Positions 34,691 to 46,710 of a DNA stretch of 64,000 nt are shown in pieces. The notes beneath the pieces are model-generated. The model was not told the origin of the DNA, ran no database searches, and saw only the letters and a list, made by a program, of their open reading frames with translations. Source of the stretch: Prochlorococcus sp. AG-679-M23 (GTDB lineage: Bacteria; Cyanobacteriota; Cyanobacteriia; PCC-6307; Cyanobiaceae); the NCBI GenBank assembly GCA_003208875.1, contig QCUR01000004.1:64001-128000 (forward strand), written 5' to 3'. The first letter of the stretch is position 1; each line of letters starts with the position of its first letter. Made by a program: the position numbers and the translations under genes.

Positions 34691-35053
34691 TTAATTATTT
34701 TCAAAAACTCTTACTATTGAAACCTCTCCATCAAAACCAGTAATTGGAGGTTTACATTTCGTTAATATAATTTTAATTCTGCTAAGTTGAAACTCTTCAA
34801 CAATAATTTTTAAAATTTCATTTGAATATTTCTCAATAGTTAAGCAACGTATTTTCTTAGATTGATATTTTAATATTTCAACTAATTTCGAATAATCAAC
34901 TGTACTTTTAATATCATCATTTTGAGTACAATTTTCAAAATCAGCCCATAAAAAAACATCTAAACTAAAAAGTTGGCCTAGGTCTCTTTCTTTTTCTAGA
35001 ACACCAACTCTTGCCCAAAGTTTAATATCCTTAATTTTTAGATATGTTTCCAT
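34691..35053 (-). CDS. folB: Dihydroneopterin aldolase
   Basis: GVLEKER..GQ, TVDY, LTIE, KPPI. Confidence 0.88.
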   Translation of the reverse strand: METYLKIKDIKLWARVGVLEKERDLGQLFSLDVFLWADFENCTQNDDIKSTVDYSKLVEILKYQSKKIRCLTIEKYSNEILKIIVEEFQLSRIKIILTKCKPPITGFDGEVSIVRVFENN

Positions 35054-35062
35054 TTCTAAGAT

Positions 35063-36373
35063 TTAAAAATCTTTATGTGAATAGATTAATTTACCAGATG
35101 AAAAATCATCAACAACGTGGCCTTCGCCTCTTAAAAAATACTTGTAAGTTACTAGCCCCTCCAGTCCTACTGGGCCTCTTGGGGGCAATGTCTGTGTAGA
35201 TATTCCAACTTCTGCTCCAAAGCCATATCTGAAACCATCTGCGAATCTTGTTGAGCAATTATGAAAAACGCCTGAACTATCTATCTCGCTCATAAATTTA
35301 TTAGCATTACTGATATTTTCCGTAATTATTCCATCTGTATGTTTTGAACTAAATTTTTGTATATGAGCAATTGCTTCTTCTAAATCATTCACAATTTTTA
35401 TAGAAAGAATAAGATCTAAATATTCAGTTTGCCAGTCCTCATAATTAGCTTCAAAAGCAACACCCAATTGAAAAGATTTTTTATCTCCAATCAATTTAAC
35501 ATCGTTAGAGTTAAACATTGGAATCGCCTTATTCAAAAATTCAGAGGCAGTATCTTTATGTATTAAAAGAGTCTCAACAGCATTACACGCGGCTGGATAT
35601 TGGATCTTACTATCTAAAACCACTTTTAAAGCTATATCGAGATTTACTTCATTATCTACGTATAAATGACAAATTCCATCAGCATGACCTAACACAGGAA
35701 TTTCTGTATTCTCCTGTATAAATTTTACGAGTTCATTGCTTCCTCTTGGAATTATTAAATTTATATATTTTTCTAAATTCAACATTGCCATACTATCTTT
35801 TCTACTTGTGAGAAGACAGATTGCATTTTCATCAAGATTTGAATCTTGCAAACCCTCCTTAAGTGCAGAAACTATTGCAAGATTAGTTAAATTTGCTTCA
35901 CTTCCCCCTTTTAGCATTACTCCATTACCAGATCTAATGGCCAGAGAACTTATTTGCATAACAGCATCGGGTCTTGATTCAAAAATAACTCCTAATACTC
36001 CTATGGGTACTGTTTTTCTTTCAAGGATTAAACCTTTAGAAAGTTCCCTTTTTATTTGAATTTGACCAACTGGATCAATTAAATTCCCAACTTGTCTTAC
36101 CCCTTCAATTCCTAAATTAAGTTTTTCTTTTGATAGCTTTAATCTAGAAAGTAAGGACTTTGAAATTCCTTTGATTTCTGCTTTTTTATAATCTTCAATA
36201 TTAGCCTCAATTATTTCTTTAGAGTTTTTTTCTAAATAATCAGCCATTAAGTTCAAGGCTCTGATTCTATCATCATTATTTGTTTGACTTGTTTTAATTG
36301 AAGCCAGACGGAGTTGCTTTGCTTTTTCTAAAAGTTCATTATCAGGAGTTGGTACTTCAAATATATCCGTCAT
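35063..36373 (-). CDS. proA: Gamma-glutamyl phosphate reductase
   Basis: IFESRP, IPRGS, ACNAVETLL, STRFADGFRYGFGAEVGIST. Confidence 0.97.
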   Translation of the reverse strand: MTDIFEVPTPDNELLEKAKQLRLASIKTSQTNNDDRIRALNLMADYLEKNSKEIIEANIEDYKKAEIKGISKSLLSRLKLSKEKLNLGIEGVRQVGNLIDPVGQIQIKRELSKGLILERKTVPIGVLGVIFESRPDAVMQISSLAIRSGNGVMLKGGSEANLTNLAIVSALKEGLQDSNLDENAICLLTSRKDSMAMLNLEKYINLIIPRGSNELVKFIQENTEIPVLGHADGICHLYVDNEVNLDIALKVVLDSKIQYPAACNAVETLLIHKDTASEFLNKAIPMFNSNDVKLIGDKKSFQLGVAFEANYEDWQTEYLDLILSIKIVNDLEEAIAHIQKFSSKHTDGIITENISNANKFMSEIDSSGVFHNCSTRFADGFRYGFGAEVGISTQTLPPRGPVGLEGLVTYKYFLRGEGHVVDDFSSGKLIYSHKDF

Positions 36374-36437
36374 AATTTAATTTAATTAACCTAATAATAA
36401 TTCAAAATAAGCATTCTTAAAACTTTTATTTTAGGAA

Positions 36438-39400
36438 TTAATATCTGAAAAATAATTGAACTTGACTTTTCCACTCTCCCTCAGAATCTATAGAACCTAA
36501 TAATTCCAAGTTTGGATTAGCTTGCAAAGTAAGTATTCCTAAAGGTGGTAAATCATCTCTATCTGGAGTAGCTTGAATAGCAAAGTTAACTCTATCAGTA
36601 ATATCAAGACCTATTTCGGCAATCCAAGCTTGACTAGACAAGCCAACATTTGAAGATGATTCATCAGTATCATCTACATCAAGGTTTTCATTAGAAAAAA
36701 CATTATTAATTGGTTCATTATTTTCTATTAGGGCAGGATATAAAGACAATTGAAATTTCTCATTAAATGCATTTGCCGTGTTTAGTTGAGAAATAAATGC
36801 TCTATTTATTAAATTTGCCGAGTTTCCTCCAATTAAACCAATAATTTGAGATCTGTTATAACTTGGAGTACTTCTTAATTGTATTTTTCTATTTTCATCC
36901 TCAAATGATAATTGATCTAAAAATCCTTCATATGATGCTTCAATTTTTATAAGTCTTGTATTACCGATTCCAACCGCTCCAAAACCACTTGAACTAACAT
37001 TCGCATCTAGACCACTTGAAATATTAAGATCTTGATTATTTTCACTAATTGGTATTATTGAATCTGGAACTTTACTAGTTAGTGAAAAGTTAATAAAAGG
37101 AACAATGCCACTTCTAGAGGCAAATAAAATATAATTTTCTTTATTTTTATCTAATTTGAATGGTGTTGTATATAAATTTGCTGTACCTTTACTTAAATTA
37201 ATAAGTCCTCTAGCATTTAAATCTTCTCCAACCCGTCCATTAAAATTTAAATCTAACTTGGTATCTAAATTAGCCTTAACTATACCTGCATATTGAATTC
37301 TAAAATCTGGCCCAAGTTTTAATTTAAGATTCTTAAAACTTAAATTTTCAAGATAATTTGGGAAATTTTTCCCTAAAAGAAAAGAATTTAATATAGTTTC
37401 ATTAGAAATTATTTCAATATTTTTATCTTTTTCCCAAGATAGCTCTGGCCAATTTCTTTCATAATTTCTTTCTTTAAAATTATTTTTTTTATTATTTTTT
37501 TTATCAGCATTATTTAAATTAATAAACCCATTATTTAATGCTAAATTTCCACTAAATATTGGTTCTTTGAATGAACCACTAATATTAATTTTAGAATCAG
37601 TTAGGAATTTTATATTATTAGATTTAATATTAAAATTATTAGTTAATAAGCTAATATCTTTTTTATCCAAACTCTTTTTACTATAAAAAGGTAAAACCCC
37701 CTTAATAAAAATATTTCCAGAAGCATCATCAGAAGCTTTAAAGTTTTTGATTTCTATTTGATCAAAATCAAATATTATAGTGCTATTAATATTTTTAATT
37801 ACATTACTATAGATATCAATTTCAGAATCCTTGATAAAAACAAAACCATTAGCAATAGGTTTATTAACAGTTCCTTTTATTATCATTCTGAGAGTTATAT
37901 CACCTTTCTTAAAAGTGAAATAATCATCGGTAAAGATATCTACTAATTCAATAAACTTTCCATTACCATTTAATCTCAAATCTAATTTATCCTTTTTGTT
38001 CAAAGGAATAGAACCTGAAATATTTATTGGAATATTTGAATTATTCAATAAAAAAGATAAATCTAAATCAAAAATCGAATCACCATAGAGAACTTCTCCA
38101 ATATCTAATGTGATAGGGTTATTATTAATTGATGTATTATTCGAAGAAATATTAGTCGCAAAGAATTTTTTATCTAGATTATAAATTAAATTAATATCCA
38201 AATTTCCTTTAAAGTCTCTAGGTTTATCTAAAAATATATTTATAGTTTTTAAAGGTAATTTATTAATATTCAAAAAACCTTTTCCTGTAAAAATTCCTCC
38301 TTCTAAATCTAGAGAAAACTTTTCTTTAGAACTTTTTTTACTTTCGCTTTCAATATTAAGATATCCATTTAATTTAGTTTTTAATATAAGATTAGATTTA
38401 TTATTTCCTTTTATAGATATATTTGCATCATATCTACTTTGAAATTTATCTAAATATCTTTTTAAATTAAATTTATCTTCCAAAATATTGTCATTATTTA
38501 AAAAATTATTTATTAAAAGTTTTTTTTCGGAAAATGAGCTTTCAATATTATCAATTTCGATATCATCCAAGGCTCTAGAATTACTATTAGGAAGAATTTT
38601 TTTATTATCAAAATTTAAAATATCGACTGCTGTTTGTAATGTCCAACCAGTACTAATATTATTAAAATTTATATTTAAATTATCATCTTTATTAGAATCA
38701 TATTCAAGGTCAATCATACCTCCATCAATTGGATATAGTGATGAATTAACCAAAAATGATTTATTATCAAGAGCAAAATCAAATAATGAATTAGCAAACT
38801 TTATATTCCTATATTTGCCCAAACTCCAAGCTAAACGACCATCAAAATAAGTTTGATCTTTAGATATAAAACCAGAACCATTAACGATTCCACTAATTCT
38901 ATCGAATTCATTATTACCAATAGCCAATTCAAGCTCATCTAAGGGAAAATTATTTGCATTCCAACGATACTTATCATCATCTTTAACTAAATTTATACTA
39001 CCTTTATTAGAATTAAATATTCTGCTAAAAGTTATATTCTCTAACTTAATCTTTGAATCAAGATTAAAGGTAAGAAAAGAAGGCACGGGGGAATATCTAT
39101 TCTTCATATTTACTACATATTTATTATTTTGATTTTTAATCTCACCCTCCCATATTTCTCTTATTCTTATCCCTTTGTAATGAGGATAATCAACATTGAA
39201 ATTGATTTTAATATCAGGTTTATTTATCTCACCTTTTAATTCTCCTTTTGCAGTAATAAAACCTCTTATCTTATCTTTACGAAAAATATTTAAATTAGAT
39301 AATTGGGTTCTATTAAGAATAAAACTTGAATTAATTTTTCCAAAATTTATGCCCCTTTTATCAAACCAATAGGGTACATTTCCTGATAGTTGTATTTCAG

Positions 39401-40385
39401 GATTTAAACTATCTAAATATCCAACATTACCTTTTAAATTTATATTATTAATATTTTTATTTAAAGGAACATTAAGATTAAAATCAGAGATTAAAGTACC
39501 ATAATTAAGATTCTTTGTATCCACGATAATATTATTACCTTGGCATAAAAACCTTATAGAATCACTTTTTATATCCTCTACTAAATTATTAGTTTTCAAC
39601 CTTAAGTTATTAAAAGAGAGATTGCCTTTGCAAAACGTTTTTTGGGAAGATTTATAAAATTTAAAATTAGATTTAATTTTCCCTCCTCTTATAGCAAATT
39701 TCCTATCACCAAAACTATACTTAGATCCCTTTAGGTTTATCCCACGAGATAATATCTCGAGATTCAAAAAGTCTTTATTTAATTTAGTATTTAATTTTAA
39801 ATTTAAATTACCTTTACCCTTAGTATATGTCTGAAAATTACCAAATAACTGTTTAGATTTTGATTTGTATCTTAATTTTCCTTTTACTTTAGTCTCTATT
39901 CCAATATCCTTTAATTTGAAATTTGCAGATTCATTTAAATTAATATTTAGATCATAGTTTACTTTACTTTTTATAAATTTTTTTTCATTATCATCAGATT
40001 TTCCTCTTTTGAAAAAATCTTTATTTATTTCAATTTTAGTTTTTTTTGGTTTTATATTAAAAATCCATCTTTGATTCAAAAATGATCTAATTGGCATTAT
40101 GCCTACGTAGATATTATTAGCTAAGATTTCAGAGCTAGAATTATTTTTATCAATAATTTTTAGATTATTTAAAGATATCCCAAGAAATCTGATCCCAGAA
40201 TAATCCCCCATATCTACTTCTTTATTTAAAAAATTTTCTATCCTATTTTCAAGTATGGGTTTTCTATTAGTATAGAAATCTTCAAGAAATTTATTTAATA
40301 CAAAAGTTCCTATAAAGCTAATTGACAAAGCAGTCCCTAAGAAAAAAAGCTTTTTATTAAAATTTAGAGATCTAATTTTTTTCAA
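36438..40385 (-). CDS. tamB: TamB / DUF490 translocation and assembly module protein
   Basis: 1315 aa; N-terminal membrane anchor, long beta-rich body, C-terminal beta strands ending FFRY. Confidence 0.75.
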   Translation of the reverse strand: MKKIRSLNFNKKLFFLGTALSISFIGTFVLNKFLEDFYTNRKPILENRIENFLNKEVDMGDYSGIRFLGISLNNLKIIDKNNSSSEILANNIYVGIMPIRSFLNQRWIFNIKPKKTKIEINKDFFKRGKSDDNEKKFIKSKVNYDLNINLNESANFKLKDIGIETKVKGKLRYKSKSKQLFGNFQTYTKGKGNLNLKLNTKLNKDFLNLEILSRGINLKGSKYSFGDRKFAIRGGKIKSNFKFYKSSQKTFCKGNLSFNNLRLKTNNLVEDIKSDSIRFLCQGNNIIVDTKNLNYGTLISDFNLNVPLNKNINNINLKGNVGYLDSLNPEIQLSGNVPYWFDKRGINFGKINSSFILNRTQLSNLNIFRKDKIRGFITAKGELKGEINKPDIKINFNVDYPHYKGIRIREIWEGEIKNQNNKYVVNMKNRYSPVPSFLTFNLDSKIKLENITFSRIFNSNKGSINLVKDDDKYRWNANNFPLDELELAIGNNEFDRISGIVNGSGFISKDQTYFDGRLAWSLGKYRNIKFANSLFDFALDNKSFLVNSSLYPIDGGMIDLEYDSNKDDNLNINFNNISTGWTLQTAVDILNFDNKKILPNSNSRALDDIEIDNIESSFSEKKLLINNFLNNDNILEDKFNLKRYLDKFQSRYDANISIKGNNKSNLILKTKLNGYLNIESESKKSSKEKFSLDLEGGIFTGKGFLNINKLPLKTINIFLDKPRDFKGNLDINLIYNLDKKFFATNISSNNTSINNNPITLDIGEVLYGDSIFDLDLSFLLNNSNIPINISGSIPLNKKDKLDLRLNGNGKFIELVDIFTDDYFTFKKGDITLRMIIKGTVNKPIANGFVFIKDSEIDIYSNVIKNINSTIIFDFDQIEIKNFKASDDASGNIFIKGVLPFYSKKSLDKKDISLLTNNFNIKSNNIKFLTDSKINISGSFKEPIFSGNLALNNGFINLNNADKKNNKKNNFKERNYERNWPELSWEKDKNIEIISNETILNSFLLGKNFPNYLENLSFKNLKLKLGPDFRIQYAGIVKANLDTKLDLNFNGRVGEDLNARGLINLSKGTANLYTTPFKLDKNKENYILFASRSGIVPFINFSLTSKVPDSIIPISENNQDLNISSGLDANVSSSGFGAVGIGNTRLIKIEASYEGFLDQLSFEDENRKIQLRSTPSYNRSQIIGLIGGNSANLINRAFISQLNTANAFNEKFQLSLYPALIENNEPINNVFSNENLDVDDTDESSSNVGLSSQAWIAEIGLDITDRVNFAIQATPDRDDLPPLGILTLQANPNLELLGSIDSEGEWKSQVQLFFRY

Positions 40386-40449
40386 GTTAGAATCCCAAAA
40401 TAGAGTAGGCTTACAAAATATAAGAAATTAATCAGTTTAAAGCCACTAA

Positions 40450-40893
40450 ATGTCTTTTTTTGAACTATTAGCAAATACACCTAAAATATTTGGATTTTTA
40501 GGAATATTTCTTTTTCTAGTTACTTTGATTGCATTTATTTTTAACTTTGGTTTTAAATTTAGAATTACAGGTGCGACAATATTTTCATTATTACTTTCTT
40601 TAAGCAGTTGGGCATTTATACAAAGTTATACAGATAATATAAAAATAGATGGAGCAAAATATGTTCCAATTGTTTACGATAATGGATTTGATTTAATTGT
40701 TACAAAAGCTGATAGTGAATTTCCAGAGAAAGCAATTGACCCTACTTTAAAACAATTATCTGAAAATCTTAAAAAAGGTAGTAGATCAGGATCAAAAGTA
40801 AAAATTAAAATCAGGAAACTTGAGAAGATATCCAATGACGTTAGTAAGCCAGTAATTATTGGAGAAATAGAAAAAAGCTTTAATATGAATTAG
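40450..40893 (+). CDS. Ycf51-like (DUF2518) protein
   Basis: Two TM segments, FRITG, VYDNG. Confidence 0.75.
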   Translation: MSFFELLANTPKIFGFLGIFLFLVTLIAFIFNFGFKFRITGATIFSLLLSLSSWAFIQSYTDNIKIDGAKYVPIVYDNGFDLIVTKADSEFPEKAIDPTLKQLSENLKKGSRSGSKVKIKIRKLEKISNDVSKPVIIGEIEKSFNMN

Positions 40894-40901
40894 ATGAATA
40901 A

Positions 40902-41309
40902 ATGATAGAAAAAAATTTTTTAGAAATTTTACCTGAGAATTTTAGACATGAAAAATCTTTTTTAATTAAAGAGAAATTAGACGATTTTACAAGATTAAGT
41001 CAACTTAGTGATTCTGAATTAAATATCATTCAAAAATCTCATTCATTATGTACATTAAATAATTTAAGGAAAATCAGAGCTATTGCTAATTTTAAAAATG
41101 AGCTTTCAATAACTCCATATGAATCTTATTTACTATTACATTGTGGGATAGGGTCTATTAAATCTCTTTCAGTTTTAAACCCATATGATCTCAAAGAGAG
41201 AATTGGAAGATTGGAGAGAAGTCTAAGAACTAAAACTCAAACAAATATAACTTTATCCACTTTAAAAGATTGGATAAAGAGGGCTAATAAAATCTGTAAT
41301 TCTATTTAA
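40902..41309 (+). CDS. DUF4332 domain protein
   Basis: LLLHCGIGS...L and C-terminal WIKRA pattern. Confidence 0.65.
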   Translation: MIEKNFLEILPENFRHEKSFLIKEKLDDFTRLSQLSDSELNIIQKSHSLCTLNNLRKIRAIANFKNELSITPYESYLLLHCGIGSIKSLSVLNPYDLKERIGRLERSLRTKTQTNITLSTLKDWIKRANKICNSI

Positions 41310-41362
41310 TATCTTGGTTAAAAGATTTTTTTAATGTAGAATTTAGAAAAGATTTTAAATAA

Positions 41363-41629
41363 ATGAATAACTTTTTTTTATTATTATTTTTATCTTTAAC
41401 ATATATAAATCCTGTTTTAAGTCAATCAACTCTTTTGGAAAGCGTCAAAAAGAATCCTAATGATGCAATTAAGATGTGTAATAAATTTAAAGAATTAAAC
41501 TCAAAAGGCATCTCTGCAAGTTCAGATAAAGCTATAGAGTTTGTCTCAAAAAAAAATAATTTGAATCCAATTAATGCTGAGATTCTATCTATTTATGTAA
41601 TTGGTCTTCATTGTCCTCAGGTTACATAA
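41363..41629 (+). CDS. Small secreted hypothetical protein with two Cys
   Basis: Signal-peptide-like N-terminus; MC...YVIGLHCP. Confidence 0.7.
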   Translation: MNNFFLLLFLSLTYINPVLSQSTLLESVKKNPNDAIKMCNKFKELNSKGISASSDKAIEFVSKKNNLNPINAEILSIYVIGLHCPQVT

Positions 41630-41637
41630 ACACTTAA

Positions 41638-43215
41638 ATGCGGGAAGTAAAATGGGTTGACAAGTCTTTAAAATTAAATGACGGAGTTGAACTAGTATCA
41701 AGAATCTGGACACCTAAAGATAAAGGTTCTTGGCCCGCGTTATTAATGAGACAGCCATATGGAAGAGAAATTGCTTCGACAATTACTTATTCTCATCCTG
41801 AATGGTGGGCTTCAAAGGGATACATAGTAGTGGTGCAAGATGTTAGAGGTCAGGGATCATCTGGTGGGGTATTCAAAGGTTTTTCTCAAGAACCTAGTGA
41901 TACATCAGAAACGCATCAATGGGTTAGATCTCTAAAAGAATGCAATGGGAAACTTGGCTTATATGGTTTTTCATATCAAGGATTAACTCAACTTACAGGA
42001 ACAAAAGATTCAAAGCCTCCTGATTGCTTATCGCCCGCAATGACGGGGGTAGATTTTAAAAACCATTGGAGTTCAGATGGGGGGGCTTTTTGGTGGAATA
42101 ATAATATAGCTTGGGGATTACAAATAGCTGCGTTAAAGATGAAAAGAGAGAATAATTCTTTAGGATGGGAAGAAATAATATCAGCCTTAGAAAATAAAAG
42201 TTATTTAAGAAAAGGATTAGATCTTTTAAAAAGATATGATCCGAATAACTTCGTACTTGAATGGCTTAACAATCTAAATCAAAATAAAGATTTTCTAGAG
42301 ATAAAACTAATTTCATCATGGTTAAAAAAACCAATGTTAATTATTGGTGGTCTTTGGGATCCTCATCTAGGAGGAGCATTTGACCTTTATCAAAAATCAA
42401 AAGCAGCAGGTGGAAATCCTGACATAATTATTGGAGATTCTACTCATCTGAATTGGTGGGAGGGATCACAAAAAACATTGTTAGATTTTTTTGATACCCA
42501 CCTCAAAACAGATAAAAAAATTAATAAAACAAGTTCTCTTAAACATAAAAAAATTTGGAATCTTTCATTAAAAAAATGGGATTTAATCAAACAGGACGAG
42601 ATTCATTATTACAAGTTTGGTCTTGAAAGTAATGGAACAGCAAATGTCGAAATAATTGAGGGTAGTCTTCTCTTTAATTCAATTGGATCGGGCTGGTTTT
42701 CAATTGTTCATGATCCGTGGAGACCATGTCAAGGAGACGGAGGACACTTAGGACCAAATCCTGGTTTTTTTAATAGATATATTTTTGACAAAAGATTAGA
42801 TGTGGGTGTTTTTCAAACCAATTCCTTCGAGAAAGATCTTCAACTTTCAGGAATACCTGTACTTGAAACCTCTGTAAAGAGTGATAAGAAAAGCTTTGAT
42901 ATATGTCTTGCTTTGTCTCTAGTTAATGAACATGATAAAAATGTTAATCAATTTTCAACTGGATTTTTAAGAGTTAAAAACTCACAAAGAGACGAAAAAT
43001 GTGATTGTAAAATCTCCATGCATCCTACTAACATTACGATCTTAAAAGGTACAAAACTAAGGTTATCTATATCAACTGCTGCATATCCATCTATTGGCGT
43101 TAATTCAGGATTAGGTGACGATCTGCTTGGTGCTCCAACTATTAATCACAAAATAATAACTTTAAGTTTTGAACTTAATAAAACATTTTTGAGAATGACT
43201 CCATTTTTCAATTAA
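41638..43215 (+). CDS. CocE/NonD family hydrolase
   Basis: RQPYG, QDVRGQGSSGG, GFSYQG. Confidence 0.88.
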   Translation: MREVKWVDKSLKLNDGVELVSRIWTPKDKGSWPALLMRQPYGREIASTITYSHPEWWASKGYIVVVQDVRGQGSSGGVFKGFSQEPSDTSETHQWVRSLKECNGKLGLYGFSYQGLTQLTGTKDSKPPDCLSPAMTGVDFKNHWSSDGGAFWWNNNIAWGLQIAALKMKRENNSLGWEEIISALENKSYLRKGLDLLKRYDPNNFVLEWLNNLNQNKDFLEIKLISSWLKKPMLIIGGLWDPHLGGAFDLYQKSKAAGGNPDIIIGDSTHLNWWEGSQKTLLDFFDTHLKTDKKINKTSSLKHKKIWNLSLKKWDLIKQDEIHYYKFGLESNGTANVEIIEGSLLFNSIGSGWFSIVHDPWRPCQGDGGHLGPNPGFFNRYIFDKRLDVGVFQTNSFEKDLQLSGIPVLETSVKSDKKSFDICLALSLVNEHDKNVNQFSTGFLRVKNSQRDEKCDCKISMHPTNITILKGTKLRLSISTAAYPSIGVNSGLGDDLLGAPTINHKIITLSFELNKTFLRMTPFFN

Positions 43216-43269
43216 TTTTTTTTATTTGGTTGATAATTTGATAAACTAATTTCTTAACAGCTACCAGTC

Positions 43270-45534
43270 ATGAAAGAAACTATTCAAGCAGACTGGATTA
43301 AATCAGAAGCTTTCAACCTCGAAAATTGTTGCAATGATAATCCATTAAATATTTTAGGTCCCCATTTCGTTAATGGACAGTGGGTAACAAGAGTATGGAT
43401 GCCTGAGGCAGATGAAGTAAATATTATTTTTAAAGATAAAACATATAAAACAACTAGGTTGAATCATAAATGGCTATTTGAAGTAACACTTCCTGAAGAC
43501 CCCAAAAATAATTATCAAGTAAATGTACTAAGAGGAGGAGTTTCTCATTCACAGCAAGACCCTTGGGCTTACAGGGAAGAATGGATGGGGGAATTAGACA
43601 GACACCTTTTTGCTGAAGGTAACCACCATCACATTTGGAAAAAAATGGGGGCTCACATCCATGAAGAGACAAATCAAAAAGGAGTAATGTTCTGTATTTG
43701 GGCACCAAATGCAAAATCAATCTCAATAATCGGAGATATAAATTCTTGGGACGGGAGACACCATCCTATGCAAAAAAGGCTGGGTGGTATTTGGGAGTTA
43801 TTTATGCCAATAATGAAAGAAGGAGATGCTTATAAATATGAAATAAGAACTCAAGAAGGACATATTTATGAAAAAGCTGATCCATATGGTTTCCTTCATG
43901 AAATCAGACCCCAAAATGGCTCAATAGTATCTAAACTAGATAATTTCAATTGGGAAGATAGTTCTTGGATAACTAATAGAGATTCATCTAGTCAAATTAA
44001 TAAACCTATTTCAGTTTATGAGATGCATTTGGGTAGTTGGATGCATGATTCAATTGATAATAAATATATTGAAAAAAATGGACAGTCAAGATCTCCAGTT
44101 CCTGCAGCAGATTTAAAACCTGGGACAAGATTTTTAACTTATCCAGAGTTAACTGAAAAGCTTATCCCATATGTGAAAGAAAGAGGATTTACTCATATCG
44201 AATTAATGCCTATTTCGGAACATCCTTTCGATGGTTCTTGGGGCTATCAAGTCACCGGTTGGTACGCCCCAACAAGTAGATATGGAACTCCTAATGAATT
44301 CAAAGAGTTTATAAATAGATGTCATGCAGAGGGTATAGGTGTAATTCTCGACTGGGTTCCTGGCCATTTTCCAAAAGATAAACATGGTTTAGCTTTCTTT
44401 GATGGTTGTCATCTTTATGAACACAGCGATCCTCGTATTGGAGAACATAAAGAATGGGGTACTTTAATATTTAACTACAGCAGAAATGAAGTAAGGAATT
44501 TTTTAGTCGCAAACCTTATTTATTGGTTTGAGGAATTCCATATTGATGGAATAAGAGTAGATGCTGTAGCTTCAATGTTATACAGAGACTATTTACGTCC
44601 AGAGGGTGAATGGATTCCAAATGAAAATGGTGGGAATGAAAATTTAGAAGCTGTTAAATTTCTTCAGCAAGCAAACCATGTCCTTTTTCAGCATTTTCCT
44701 GGTGCACTATCTATTGCTGAAGAATCAACAACTTGGCCAATGGTTACCGAGCCGACAAATTTAGGTGGACTAGGTTTTAATTTAAAATGGAATATGGGGT
44801 GGATGCACGATATGCTCGATTACTTTGAAATAGATCCTTGGTTTAGACAATTCCATCAAAATAGTGTGACATTTTCAATAACTTATAATTACACAGAAAA
44901 TTTTATGCTTGCCCTTAGCCATGATGAAGTTGTTCATGGAAAAAGTCATCTTTTACATAAGATGCCAGGAGATGATTGGAAAAAGTTCGCCAATACAAGG
45001 GCTTTATTAACTTACATGTGGACACATCCTGGTAAAAAGACAATTTTCATGGGAATGGAATTTGGACAAAGGCAAGAATGGAATGTTTGGGATGATCTTC
45101 AATGGGAACTCTTAGAATTTGAACCCCACAAAGGTATTAGAAACTTGATTGATGACTTAAATAAACTTTATAAAAATGAACCTTCTTTATGGAAAAATGA
45201 CTTTGATCCTTATGGATTCCAATGGATAGATTGCGATGACACATCCAATTCAGTTATCAGTTTCATGAGAAGGGAAAATGAAAGTAATGAATGGCTTGTA
45301 GTTGTTGCAAACTTTACCCCTAATTTTCATGGATCCTATAAAATAGGTGTTCCTTTAGAAGGCTTTTATAAAGAGATTTTCAATTCAGACGGTTCTAAAT
45401 ATGGCGGTAGTAACAAAGGTAATATGGGAGGTAAAGAAACTTTAAAATATAATATTCATAATTATGAAAATGCTCTTGAAATTGTTTTACCACCACTGAG
45501 TGTAAGTATATTTAAGCATCAACTAAACAGATAA
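43270..45534 (+). CDS. glgB: 1,4-alpha-glucan branching enzyme
   Basis: [35 protein letters not shown]. Confidence 0.97.
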   Translation: MKETIQADWIKSEAFNLENCCNDNPLNILGPHFVNGQWVTRVWMPEADEVNIIFKDKTYKTTRLNHKWLFEVTLPEDPKNNYQVNVLRGGVSHSQQDPWAYREEWMGELDRHLFAEGNHHHIWKKMGAHIHEETNQKGVMFCIWAPNAKSISIIGDINSWDGRHHPMQKRLGGIWELFMPIMKEGDAYKYEIRTQEGHIYEKADPYGFLHEIRPQNGSIVSKLDNFNWEDSSWITNRDSSSQINKPISVYEMHLGSWMHDSIDNKYIEKNGQSRSPVPAADLKPGTRFLTYPELTEKLIPYVKERGFTHIELMPISEHPFDGSWGYQVTGWYAPTSRYGTPNEFKEFINRCHAEGIGVILDWVPGHFPKDKHGLAFFDGCHLYEHSDPRIGEHKEWGTLIFNYSRNEVRNFLVANLIYWFEEFHIDGIRVDAVASMLYRDYLRPEGEWIPNENGGNENLEAVKFLQQANHVLFQHFPGALSIAEESTTWPMVTEPTNLGGLGFNLKWNMGWMHDMLDYFEIDPWFRQFHQNSVTFSITYNYTENFMLALSHDEVVHGKSHLLHKMPGDDWKKFANTRALLTYMWTHPGKKTIFMGMEFGQRQEWNVWDDLQWELLEFEPHKGIRNLIDDLNKLYKNEPSLWKNDFDPYGFQWIDCDDTSNSVISFMRRENESNEWLVVVANFTPNFHGSYKIGVPLEGFYKEIFNSDGSKYGGSNKGNMGGKETLKYNIHNYENALEIVLPPLSVSIFKHQLNR

Positions 45535-45661
45535 TAAAGATTTATTAATTAGACAATTTCATTTAATTCTTCACATAATGATTTTAATCTGCTCCACGTT
45601 GTAAAATTTTTAGATTAAAGATTTTTAATTTTTTTTTAAAACAACATATTGAACTCAAAAA

Positions 45662-46702
45662 ATGGGTGAGAATTTACCACTTTTACTATCTGCTGCCTTA
45701 GGAAAGAAAGTTAATAGGCCTCCCGTATGGATGATGAGACAAGCAGGCAGATATATGAAGATTTATAGAGATTTAAGAGAACGCTACCCAAGCTTTAGGG
45801 AAAGATCTGAGAACCCAGAACTCTCTTATGAAATTTCAATGCAACCTTTTAAGGCTTTCAAGCCAGATGGTGTAATTCTTTTTTCAGATATACTTACCCC
45901 TCTTCCTGGAATGGGAATAAACTTTGAAATAATAGAAAGTAAGGGTCCAATAATAGAGGATCCCATAAGAAATATTCACCAAATAGAAAATTTAAAAGAA
46001 TTAGTTCCGAACGAAAGTTTAAGCTTTGTGGGAGAAGTCCTTTCATCATTAAAAAAAGATGTAAAAAATGAAGCAACGGTTCTTGGCTTTGTTGGGGCAC
46101 CTTGGACTCTGGCTGCATATGTCGTTGAAGGGAAAAGTAGTAAAAATTATTCTTTAATAAAGTCAATGGCTTTTAAAGAACCTGATTTACTTCACAAACT
46201 TCTTGATCACTTTGCAAAATCCATTGGTGAGTATTTAAAGTATCAAATAAAATCAGGCGCTCAAGTTGTACAAATTTTTGACTCTTGGGCAGGACAATTA
46301 AGTCCCCAAGACTATGATATTTTTGCTGGCCCTTATCAAAAAAAAGTTGTTGATATCGTTAAAGAAGAATTCCCAGATACTCCGATAATATTGTATATTT
46401 CGGGAAGTGCTGGGGTATTAGAAAGAATGGCTAAAACGGGTGTTGATATAATTTCACTAGACTGGACTGTAGATATTGAGGAAGCTTGCAAGCGAATTCC
46501 TACAGGAATTGGAATACAAGGAAATGTTGATCCAGGTATATTATTTGGAAATAAAGATTTAATAAAAGAGAGAATTGATAATACTTTTAATAAAGTAAAA
46601 GAGAGAAAATATATTCTTAATTTAGGTCATGGAATTTTACCAGGCACACCAGAAGAAAATGCTCAAACATTTTTTGAACATGGTAAAAAATTAACTTATT
46701 AA
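45662..46702 (+). CDS. hemE: Uroporphyrinogen decarboxylase
   Basis: [29 protein letters not shown]. Confidence 0.97.
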   Translation: MGENLPLLLSAALGKKVNRPPVWMMRQAGRYMKIYRDLRERYPSFRERSENPELSYEISMQPFKAFKPDGVILFSDILTPLPGMGINFEIIESKGPIIEDPIRNIHQIENLKELVPNESLSFVGEVLSSLKKDVKNEATVLGFVGAPWTLAAYVVEGKSSKNYSLIKSMAFKEPDLLHKLLDHFAKSIGEYLKYQIKSGAQVVQIFDSWAGQLSPQDYDIFAGPYQKKVVDIVKEEFPDTPIILYISGSAGVLERMAKTGVDIISLDWTVDIEEACKRIPTGIGIQGNVDPGILFGNKDLIKERIDNTFNKVKERKYILNLGHGILPGTPEENAQTFFEHGKKLTY

Positions 46703-46710
46703 TTTATATT

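Noticed and set aside
36438..40385. Very AT-rich 4-kb gene as foreign DNA
   Set aside because: TamB-like envelope gene in a core context with no flanking repeats or mobility genes; the composition reflects Asn/Lys/Ile-rich drift.
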